Below are positions 56,364-64,000 of a stretch of DNA of 64,000 bases, piece after piece. The translations under genes were made by a program, and so were the position numbers. Numbering within the stretch: position 1 is the first letter of the stretch; each line of letters opens with the position of its first letter. The stretch spans positions 14,788-78,787 of the forward strand of contig QWPB01000057.1 of the NCBI GenBank assembly GCA_003671275.1. Reading direction: 5' to 3'. The notes beneath the pieces were generated by a model. It was given only the letters and a program-made list of their open reading frames with translations. It was not told where the DNA came from and made no database searches. The stretch is from Planctomycetota bacterium. Its GTDB lineage: Bacteria > Planctomycetota > Planctomycetia > Planctomycetales > Planctomycetaceae.

Positions 56364-56605
56364 TCCTGAGACGAACAACCCTCACGATCCCTCAATTTTC
56401 CGCGGAAAATGGTACGAGAGTCCAGAACGGGAAGGCGTCTCGGTCGCCCCAGTCCCGCCATCCTCGACGATCATCCAGTCGGCCTGCCGATTGAGTTTCG
56501 GACCTCGTTCCTTCCTGGACCGCAGCCTGCCTTCAACGTCTATGCCAAACAAGGCTTTCGTCGGGGAGCCGAGTCTTGGACCACGCGACGCCAGAACCAA
56601 CGCGA

Positions 56606-57481
56606 TCATCCGGAGATTTCGCTGACATCAACACTCACCACCAATCGGGGGCTGCAGCCGCCGATATAGACCCCCTTGAGTGGGGCGACATCGGCATAGT
56701 CCCGTCCCCAGGCAATCGTAATATGATCGGTGGATGGGAACTGATTGTTCGTCGGATCGAGGTCGATCCAGCCCAGCGGACCGCCGAAGACCGAGACCCA
56801 GGCGTGCGAAGCATCTGCCCCGACCAGTCGCGGCTTACCCGGCGGCGGCAGCGTCCGAAGGTAGCCGCTGACGTAGCGGGCGGGCAGTCCGATTGACCGC
56901 AGCATGGAAATAAGCAGGTGGGCAAAGTCCTGACAGACTCCACGGCGGGTTCGAAAAACCTGCTCAACGGGTGTCGACACCGTCGTCGCAGTGGCGTCAT
57001 ATTTAAAGTCGGTGAAGAACCGTCGCATGAGATCGGTGATTCCGTCGCGAATCGAGGCACCCATCGGGAACGATGTCTGGGCATACTGTGCAAAATCGCT
57101 GGAGATGCGGCAGCGGGGCGAGTCAAACGTAAACTCCAGCGCCGCGAAGTCCTCGGTGGTCGCGTGCGCCCGGACCGCGTCACGGACAGTCTCCCAGGAG
57201 GGGGCGATGAGAGTCGCGGGCTCGATAGCGTGGAGCTCAATTTCACTAATCGAGGTCACCACCAGTTGATCGTACCCTTGATTGAACGCGAATTGCGTGG
57301 TGGTGTTCTGGAAATGATCCTGACGGGTGACCACGATCGACGGTTCGGGAGTAAACTCCATCTGGTGCGAAAGGCAGACCTGAGTCGGAGTCTGGCGCGG
57401 AGTCAACCACGCCTCGTTGTGACCAACCGAGATCGGCTCGACGGTCGAGTACTGCGTCTTGTGAACGATGCGATACCTCAT
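56606..57481 (-). CDS. Transglutaminase-fold protein (Bact_transglu_N plus core), 291 aa
   Basis: MRYRIVHKTQY..., Cys RRGVCQDFAHLL, His SHAWVSV, Asp DLDPTN. Confidence 0.9.
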   Translation of the reverse strand: MRYRIVHKTQYSTVEPISVGHNEAWLTPRQTPTQVCLSHQMEFTPEPSIVVTRQDHFQNTTTQFAFNQGYDQLVVTSISEIELHAIEPATLIAPSWETVRDAVRAHATTEDFAALEFTFDSPRCRISSDFAQYAQTSFPMGASIRDGITDLMRRFFTDFKYDATATTVSTPVEQVFRTRRGVCQDFAHLLISMLRSIGLPARYVSGYLRTLPPPGKPRLVGADASHAWVSVFGGPLGWIDLDPTNNQFPSTDHITIAWGRDYADVAPLKGVYIGGCSPRLVVSVDVSEISG

Positions 57482-60093
57482 TGCGGCAACTCCAGATCCG
57501 AGGTGATCTGACGGGGGGCTCCCGAGTGCAGCAGGTACTTGTTGGTCAGAACATCAGCCAAGTGCTTCATGTCCGGTTCCATCATGGCGAGCAGCCGCAG
57601 CACCTCCGTGGCTTTCGCGTCTCGCAATTGTTCGGGAGAGATCATGCGGACCGAATTCACGGCGGCCATCACGATCCGCTTCTCTTCGGACCGCAACGGC
57701 GACTTTCCATCGCTGGGGAGGGCGTCGACATGCAATGCCAAAGAGATGAGCTGCGAGGCCAGCGAGCGGGGACACGTTTCGTCCGTCAAGCACAAATCGA
57801 GCACGGCGTTCTGTTGCACGTTCTCCAGGTAACGTGAGCGGTACGTCATCCGGCAGTCGATCACCTCCAGCAGAGCACGCAGTTCAGCGCGTTCGAGTTT
57901 GCCTCCCGGCGAAAGCATGCTGCGCACGAGATTCGACGTGTGCCTCGATCGTTCGATCCGGCGTCCCATATCCAGAACATGCCACGCTGGCCCGCGCACC
58001 ATCCCGTCATGGATCAAGCCACTGACTGCGGCCAGATCGAGGATCAACTGATTCAGCGCATCAAGCAGATCGATCAGATTGGCTCGACCCGGCACAAAGG
58101 CGGACTGGTATCTCTGGGCGGTCTCGCGGACCTTGCGGTAGGTGTCGGGGGACATCCAGAGCCGTTCGAGTGAGGCCAGTCGAAACAGTTCGGAGACCGC
58201 AGCCGACAGCCCAAATCTCTCGTCCACATTGGCGACAATCCGAGGCAGAGCCTCCCGCAGATGGGGGAGCCGGACCGACATCGATTCAATGGCGAAACCG
58301 GGTTCGATCTGCCCCTGATCGGCCAGCGCGCGGATGAGGCTTGGCAACTCGGGCAGCTCGGTCGAGGCTTCCGCAGTCAGTCGTTCAATCACCGCGCGCA
58401 GCAACCGACTCAGGAAATCCGCGCGATCGAGTGACTGACCAAACCAGAACAGATCGTCGGCGACCCGACTGGGAAAGATGGCGTTCGTGCGACGCAGAGG
58501 GACCGGTTCGTCCTCGGCGGAAAGCAAGCTGACGGGAGCGACCGGGCTATCCGCCTGCACCCAGACATCTTTGCTGCTGACGCCCGCCGAGATCGAGAGT
58601 TCCATGGGGTCCGTGCTGAGGGCGACCCGAGCCAGTCCCCCCGGCATGACGGAATAGTCCGCACCGTCCGCGACCAGGAACGTGCGCAAAGCGACGTGGC
58701 CCACCCGGACCGATCCCTGATGGAACACTGGGGCCGCTGAGCGCTCGACGAGTTCCTGCGCCACGTACTGATGTGGCTTGCCCGCAATCCGCTCCAGCAG
58801 TTGCTTGCGGGCCTCAGCGGACAGGGAGCGGGGCAGGATCTCCTCGTTGCCACTGGATTGGAAGGCGGGCTTGATGACCAGTTGTTCGAAATGCTCGCGA
58901 ACGTAACTCCACTGCAATGGATCGCCGCACCACCAGGTGGCGATCGACGGCAGGAGCAACTCTTCGCCCAGGCAGCGGCGGCACAGTGCAGGCAGGAACG
59001 ACATGAAAATCGGCGATTCCACCAGCCCGCTGCCGGGGATGTTCGCAATGACGACCTTGCCGCTGCGAAGCACCCGCAACAGACCCGGCACGCCATGCGG
59101 CTCGCCCCCGCCTAGCTCCAGGGGGTCGATGCCACGTTCAATGCCCCGCGATACAATGACATCGATCGGCACCAGTCCGGCGAGGGTCTTGAGATAAACG
59201 CGATTGTCGCGCACCGCGAGGTCGGCTCCCTCGACCAGCGAGTACCCGAGATACCGCGCGAGGTAGACATCTTCGAAATAATACGAGTGCTTCGCCCCCG
59301 GAGAGAGCAGCACGATGCGGGGGTTCTCGGCCAGCTTACTGCCGAGATTCCTCAGCGTGTTCTGCACTCGCAGGAAGAACGGAGCGAGCCGCTGGATCGG
59401 CTGGGCATTCAGATCGGGTGGAATCGTTCGCGAAACAACGATCCGGTTCTCCAGCGCGAACGCCGCCCCCGCCGGAGCATCGGAACGATCGGCCATCACG
59501 TACCACTGGCCATCGCGACCTCGAGCCAACTCGGCAGCTGCCGCCACGATGGACGGGCCTTCCTGATGAATCCCGTCGAAGGGACGCAGGTAGCCGGAGT
59601 TCGCGAAGAGAACCTCGGGCGGCAAAGATCCATCACGGATCAGGGACTGCGCTCCATAGCAGTCCTTCACGATCCAGTTCATCAGTCGGGCTCGCTGCCG
59701 CAATCCGGCGTCGAGTATTTGCCATTGGGGAGCGTCGATAATGAATGGAATCAGATCGAGCTGCCAGGGGCGCTGCGATTTGGCCCCTTCATGGAAGACA
59801 TTGAAGGTGACGCCATTGTCGGCGAGCAGATGGTTCGCCTGGGTAGTGCGGTGAGCGAAGTCGGCCACCGAAATCTTCTGCACCCCATCGATCAACTGCT
59901 GCCAGGCGGGGCGCGGTTGCCCCGCGGCATTGAACGCCTCATTGAAGACGGACAGCGGGGCCTGTTCCGGAACAGAGAGGAGTGGCTTGGGGAGAGAAGC
60001 GGAGGTGATCAACGGGAGGCTCGTCAACGCATGCTGCTCGGGACATATCCGCCAAGTGCGCACTTGATGGAAACGTGGCCGAACGGGAATCAT
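57478..60093 (-). CDS. Fusion of a circularly permuted ATP-grasp (type 2) with an alpha-E domain, 871 aa
   Basis: CP-ATP-grasp-like N-terminal two thirds (e.g. VPIDVIVSR, VVIANIPGSGLVESP, MPGGLARV). The C-terminal third is alpha-E-like (RVADDLFWFGQSLDRAD, GRRIERS). ATG at 60093 shares 1 nt with the upstream stop. Confidence 0.85.
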   Translation of the reverse strand: MIPVRPRFHQVRTWRICPEQHALTSLPLITSASLPKPLLSVPEQAPLSVFNEAFNAAGQPRPAWQQLIDGVQKISVADFAHRTTQANHLLADNGVTFNVFHEGAKSQRPWQLDLIPFIIDAPQWQILDAGLRQRARLMNWIVKDCYGAQSLIRDGSLPPEVLFANSGYLRPFDGIHQEGPSIVAAAAELARGRDGQWYVMADRSDAPAGAAFALENRIVVSRTIPPDLNAQPIQRLAPFFLRVQNTLRNLGSKLAENPRIVLLSPGAKHSYYFEDVYLARYLGYSLVEGADLAVRDNRVYLKTLAGLVPIDVIVSRGIERGIDPLELGGGEPHGVPGLLRVLRSGKVVIANIPGSGLVESPIFMSFLPALCRRCLGEELLLPSIATWWCGDPLQWSYVREHFEQLVIKPAFQSSGNEEILPRSLSAEARKQLLERIAGKPHQYVAQELVERSAAPVFHQGSVRVGHVALRTFLVADGADYSVMPGGLARVALSTDPMELSISAGVSSKDVWVQADSPVAPVSLLSAEDEPVPLRRTNAIFPSRVADDLFWFGQSLDRADFLSRLLRAVIERLTAEASTELPELPSLIRALADQGQIEPGFAIESMSVRLPHLREALPRIVANVDERFGLSAAVSELFRLASLERLWMSPDTYRKVRETAQRYQSAFVPGRANLIDLLDALNQLILDLAAVSGLIHDGMVRGPAWHVLDMGRRIERSRHTSNLVRSMLSPGGKLERAELRALLEVIDCRMTYRSRYLENVQQNAVLDLCLTDETCPRSLASQLISLALHVDALPSDGKSPLRSEEKRIVMAAVNSVRMISPEQLRDAKATEVLRLLAMMEPDMKHLADVLTNKYLLHSGAPRQITSDLELPQ

Positions 60094-63000
60094 CAAACAG
60101 GCGCAAGCCGTAGATCGAGTGTGAACGGGAACTCGCGGTTGGGCGGTTCGGCCCGCACGGCCACTCGTCCGCCCGTATGTCCATGCTTCAGAAATCTCGC
60201 CGCCCGGCGACATTCCGCTTCCAGGGCATTCACCGGGAAGCTCACCGGGTTGAGGCCACCCGGATGATCCACATGGAATCGGCACCCGCCGATCGATCGC
60301 TGCTGCCACAAGTCGACAATATCGAATGTCAGGGGCGTATGAACAGGGATCGTGGGATGTAAACAGCTCGGCGGCTGCCACGCCCGGTAACGTACCCCGG
60401 CCACGAACTCGCCCGCGACAGCGGTCGGATGCAACGGGACCGGTCGTCCGTTGCAGGTCACGGCGTAGCGCGTCGAGGTCAGACCCGACAAATGAATCTG
60501 CAGGCGTTCGACCGACGAGTCGACATATCGGGCGGTGGCTCCTCCGGCGGGTTCTTCGCCCAGCACGTACCACGGCTCGATCGCGGTGCGAACTTCCATC
60601 TGGATCCCATCGTAATTGACAGTGCCGATGACGGGACAGCGGAAGTTCCAGTGGGTCTCAAACCAGTCCCACTCGAATGGCATCCCCGCTTGATGCAGGT
60701 CGCGCAGCACATCTTGCAGGTCAGCCTTCAACGGAGTCGGCAGCATGAAGCGGTCATGCAGCGCCGTGCCCCAGCGGATCGGTCGCTCGCGGTAAGGGGT
60801 CTCCCAGAACCAGGCGATCAACGACCGCACCAGCAGCTGTTGCGTCAGACTCATGCGAGCGTGCGGAGGCATCTCGAAGCCCCGCAACTCCACGAGTCCC
60901 AGCCGCCCGGTCGAGCTGTCGGGCGAGTACATCTTGTCGATACAGATTTCCGCCCGGTGGGTGTTACCCGTCATGTCGACCATCAGATTGCGGAAGATGC
61001 GGTCAACGAGCCACGGCGGAACCAGCTGCTTCTCCGGGATCTGCTCGCAGGCGATTTCGAGTTCGTAGATGGCATCACGACATCCCTCGTCGACGCGCGG
61101 GGCCTGGCTCGTAGGACCGATGAATTGACCCGAGAAGAGGTACGACAGCGACGGGTGGTTGTTCCAATAGCAGATCATGCTCCGCAGAAGATCAGGTCGT
61201 CGCAGGAACGGGCTGTCCTGCGGTGTGGCCCCGCCCAGAACGATGTGATTGCCGCCGCCAGTGCCGGTGTGCTTCCCATCGAGCTGGAATTTTTCCGTAC
61301 CCAGTCGCGTGTGATGCGCATCGTCGTACAGTCCGACTGTGATGTCAGTCAGCTCCTGCCAGTTGCGGGCCGGTTGGACGTTGACCTCGATCACACCGGG
61401 GTCGGGAGTGACCTTGAGGATCTGCAATCGATGATCGATGGGAGGCAGGTAGCCCTCAATCACGACCGGTTGCTGTCGTTCCTCGGCGATCGTTTCCACC
61501 AGACCAATCAGGTCGAGAAAATCTTCCAGCGTGGCCATCGGCGGCATGAAGATATGTAACCGTCCGCCGCGTGGCTCGATACAGAGTGCGGTGCTGATGA
61601 TCCCCGGCGGGGCCTGCGGAGCGGGTGGAGCCACAGCTTGTTCGAGCGTGCGGCCATCCCGCTTCTCGCTGACGACGACCAGTTTGGCCCCCTTGTCATT
61701 CTCCTCGCGGCTTTGGCTTTTGATGGACGTTTCGGCGAATTCCTCGGCCAGGCGAGATCGGGCTCGCCGCCGAATCTCGTGATACCCCGGGAGCGGGTGC
61801 CGATCGGCCAGTGGATCGGTGGCATAGATCGTGTTGGCTTCGATGGTCCCTTCGGGCAGCGAGTCCTGCGGCAGCCGCAGTCCGATCGGCGAATCGCCAG
61901 GAATCAGGAACAGACGCTCCGAGCGGAACGGCCACGGCCCGCTCGTCCACTGAGCCCGTCCCTGCCACCACGCTCGAGTCAGCGGCAGGGCATACCCGAC
62001 TGGACGACTGAGTCCGGTCTCCAGAATGCGAGCCAGCCGTTTGCGGTCCTCGTCGGAGTCGATGTCATAGTCGCGCGGGTCGACATTCACCGGCAGCCGG
62101 CGCTCCTGCGCCAGAGTGTGCCACACATCCTCGTAAGCGGGACGCATCCAGCGCCCCTCGACGCCCAGTCGATCGGCCAAATCGACGAGGAACTCCCCTG
62201 CTTCTTCGACAGTCGCAGTTCCGTCCTGCGATGGATCGGCCAAGAGCTTGGGATTGGTCCAGATCGGTTCACCATCCACGCGCCACAGGCAGCTATACGC
62301 CCAGCGCGGCAGCGGCTCGCCGGGATACCATTTCCCCTGGCCATAATGCAGCAGACCACCGGGCGCAAAGCGGTTTCGCAAGCGATGCAGCAACTCGCCC
62401 GAGAGCTGCTGCTTCTCGACCCCGACCGCAGCTGTGTTCCATTGGGCTCCCTCCATGTCGTCGATCGAGACGAAAGTCGGTTCGCCCCCCATGGTGAGAC
62501 GAACATCGTTGGCAACGAGCCGCTGGTCGACCTGCTGTCCGAGCTTTTCGATGGCCGCCCACTGCTCATCGGTGTATGGCAAGGTGACGCGCGGATCTTC
62601 ATGCACCCGCGTGACCGACATCTCGAATTCGAACGTGGTCTCGCATTCATCGAGCGGGCCAGAGATCGGTGCTGCTGTCGATGGATCGGGAGTCGCAGCC
62701 AGTGGGATGTGACCTTCTCCCGTGAACAGACCCGAGGTGGGGTCGAGACCGACCCAGCCCGCTCCCGGCAGGAAGACCTCGCACCACGCATGCAGATCGG
62801 TAAAATCCTGGGCCGGTCCACTGGGACCATCCAGCGACGGAATGTCGGCGGTCAGCTGAATCAGATAGCCCGAGACGAATCTTGCGGCCAAGCCGATCCG
62901 GCGCAGGAGCTGGACCAGCAACCAGGCGGAATCGCGGCAAGACCCACCTCGCGTTTCCAGCGTTTCATCGGGCGACTGTACCCCCGGCTCCATGCGGATG

Positions 63001-63476
63001 GAGTATTTGATCTCTCGGCAAAGTCGCTGATTCAGGTCGACCAGGAAGAAAATCGTGCGACGGGGATGAGCATCGACGGACTGGAGAAACTCTTCGAAGT
63101 GGGGGCCAGTCTGGGCACATTCCAGAAACGGTTGCAAATCCTTCTTCAGCGCTGCTTCATACGTGAATGGGAAATTCTCAGCACTATCTTCGACGAAGAA
63201 GTCGAAGGGGTTGATGACGGTCAGGTCGGCGGTCAAGTCGACTTCCACCCGAAACTCGTCGGTCTGTTCCGGAACCACAATGCGGGCCAAAAAGTTGCCG
63301 AAGGGGTCCTGTTGCCAGTTCAGGAAGTTCTTCTCCGGCGTCACCTTGAGCGAGTAGCTGAGGATGGGTGTCCGGCAATGCGGGGCTGGTCGCAAACGGA
63401 TGACCTGCGGTCCCATACTGATCGAGCGGTCATACCGATAATGGGTGGAGTGCCGAAGTGCTACGCGAATCGCCAT
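60093..63476 (-). CDS. Large transglutaminase-family protein with a DUF2126-like C-terminal region, 1127 aa
   Basis: MAIRVALRHSTHYRYDR..., Cys GGSCRDSAWLL, His DLHAWCEV, Asp GLDPTSG, long conserved C-terminal extension. Confidence 0.9.
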   Translation of the reverse strand: MAIRVALRHSTHYRYDRSISMGPQVIRLRPAPHCRTPILSYSLKVTPEKNFLNWQQDPFGNFLARIVVPEQTDEFRVEVDLTADLTVINPFDFFVEDSAENFPFTYEAALKKDLQPFLECAQTGPHFEEFLQSVDAHPRRTIFFLVDLNQRLCREIKYSIRMEPGVQSPDETLETRGGSCRDSAWLLVQLLRRIGLAARFVSGYLIQLTADIPSLDGPSGPAQDFTDLHAWCEVFLPGAGWVGLDPTSGLFTGEGHIPLAATPDPSTAAPISGPLDECETTFEFEMSVTRVHEDPRVTLPYTDEQWAAIEKLGQQVDQRLVANDVRLTMGGEPTFVSIDDMEGAQWNTAAVGVEKQQLSGELLHRLRNRFAPGGLLHYGQGKWYPGEPLPRWAYSCLWRVDGEPIWTNPKLLADPSQDGTATVEEAGEFLVDLADRLGVEGRWMRPAYEDVWHTLAQERRLPVNVDPRDYDIDSDEDRKRLARILETGLSRPVGYALPLTRAWWQGRAQWTSGPWPFRSERLFLIPGDSPIGLRLPQDSLPEGTIEANTIYATDPLADRHPLPGYHEIRRRARSRLAEEFAETSIKSQSREENDKGAKLVVVSEKRDGRTLEQAVAPPAPQAPPGIISTALCIEPRGGRLHIFMPPMATLEDFLDLIGLVETIAEERQQPVVIEGYLPPIDHRLQILKVTPDPGVIEVNVQPARNWQELTDITVGLYDDAHHTRLGTEKFQLDGKHTGTGGGNHIVLGGATPQDSPFLRRPDLLRSMICYWNNHPSLSYLFSGQFIGPTSQAPRVDEGCRDAIYELEIACEQIPEKQLVPPWLVDRIFRNLMVDMTGNTHRAEICIDKMYSPDSSTGRLGLVELRGFEMPPHARMSLTQQLLVRSLIAWFWETPYRERPIRWGTALHDRFMLPTPLKADLQDVLRDLHQAGMPFEWDWFETHWNFRCPVIGTVNYDGIQMEVRTAIEPWYVLGEEPAGGATARYVDSSVERLQIHLSGLTSTRYAVTCNGRPVPLHPTAVAGEFVAGVRYRAWQPPSCLHPTIPVHTPLTFDIVDLWQQRSIGGCRFHVDHPGGLNPVSFPVNALEAECRRAARFLKHGHTGGRVAVRAEPPNREFPFTLDLRLAPV

Positions 63477-63524
63477 GGGTGTGTGTCTCGTGATTTATCG
63501 TGGGATTGTGTCTGGCGAGTCCGC

Positions 63525-64000
63525 TTACTGTTCAGATGGCAGGGCTTCGATTTCGCGGGTCTCGAAGAAATCGTGCCGAATCGATTCCCCAAGGGCATTC
63601 AAGCGGCCCTGAAAATTGTCAATGAACTCGTGCATCCCAATCTGAATGATGTCGTGAATCGACAGCCGCTGGAGCCGCTGATGCAACTCCTCGCACAGCT
63701 TCTCCGAAGGAGCCAGCGGATGGCCGAGTTGCCTGCCGGTAATCTTGTAGAGGGCGGTCCGCGTGTAGGCCACGCAGAAGTGCATGGAGCGAGGAAAGTG
63801 AGGGTCGAGGATCAGAAAATCCGCTACCGAACGCGGCACGATCCGCCCAAACCGTTTGCGATACATGTGCAGGGCACTGGTCGATTCCAGCAGTGCCGAC
63901 CACTGCAACACATCGAGTGCCGATCCGACACGGGCTTCGTTCGGCAACAGAATAAAATACTTCACGTCGAGGATGCGCGAGGTCTTGTCGGCCCGCTCGA
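63525..64000 (-). CDS. Stand-alone alpha-E domain protein, C-terminal part (5' end beyond the window)
   Basis: The frame stays open to base 64000 (…ERADKTSRILDVKYFILLP…). Alpha-E-like sequence throughout. The GTG shown as M in the ORF track is internal. Confidence 0.8.
   Translation of the reverse strand, partial: ERADKTSRILDVKYFILLPNEARVGSALDVLQWSALLESTSALHMYRKRFGRIVPRSVADFLILDPHFPRSMHFCVAYTRTALYKITGRQLGHPLAPSEKLCEELHQRLQRLSIHDIIQIGMHEFIDNFQGRLNALGESIRHDFFETREIEALPSEQ

Noticed and set aside
60094-60573. 160-codon N-terminal extension of the ATP-grasp/alpha-E ORF in the six-frame track.
   Set aside because: The extension overlaps the 3' end of the upstream DUF2126 gene and is Arg/Gly/Pro-rich. 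The ATG at 60093 gives a TGATG stop-start junction and a protein of the expected size.
60429-61559. 376-aa plus-strand ORF. Similar shadows occur at 59287-60267, 51445-52410 and 49104-49943.
   Set aside because: All are antisense to genes with strong family signatures (DUF2126 transglutaminase, ATP-grasp, DUF1559, hisB). Their compositions are typical of shadow frames.
1-64000. Scanned for CRISPR arrays, IS elements or transposases, phage genes and rRNA.
   Set aside because: No regularly spaced repeats, no transposase- or integrase-like ORFs and no rRNA-like sequence were recognised.

Overview
This 64-kb window looks like a chromosomal segment from a Planctomycetota-type genome. The hallmarks are two giant PSCyt/DUF1549/DUF1553 proteins, a DUF1559 pilin-like protein with a prepilin N-terminus, a DUF1080 protein, and P/Q-rich TPR lipoproteins. 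Long antisense shadow ORFs are common, as expected for high-GC DNA, and most genes lack a strong Shine-Dalgarno sequence. I call about 46 protein genes, one tRNA-Asp(GUC) and several intrinsic terminators. I found no rRNA, CRISPR array, transposase, integrase or phage genes. Much of the window is housekeeping: yicC-gmk-rpoZ, ahcY, trmD, an nrnA-like DHH phosphoesterase, efp, murA, hisB, a parvulin-type PPIase, a CDF transporter, ABC and MFS transporters, a DapA-family lyase and a class V aminotransferase. The most interesting content is listed here. (1) A translationally coupled transglutaminase / circularly permuted ATP-grasp / alpha-E cassette at 56.6-64.0 kb; it is conserved, but as far as I know uncharacterised biochemically. 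(2) A 1348-aa orphan protein followed by a TPR lipoprotein with a roughly 500-aa low-complexity tail (34.5-41.2 kb). (3) A roughly 400-nt gene-free convergent spacer (14.4-14.8 kb) with stacked hairpins, a perfect anti-16S Shine-Dalgarno match plus a 12-codon micro-ORF, and a textbook plus-strand terminator. (4) A co-directional array linking a DxDD terpene cyclase to an oxidoreductase, a membrane protein and a PLP enzyme. (5) A Cys-rich membrane protein / DUF1559 / thioredoxin-like trio. (6) Exact repeats in two divergent promoter regions. (7) Two apparent pseudo-enzymes: a receiver domain with Asp replaced by Glu, and an M14 peptidase lacking the HxxE His. All family assignments come from motif recognition by eye, and no database search was run. 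Start codons were chosen by motif or signal-peptide position and are less certain than stop codons.
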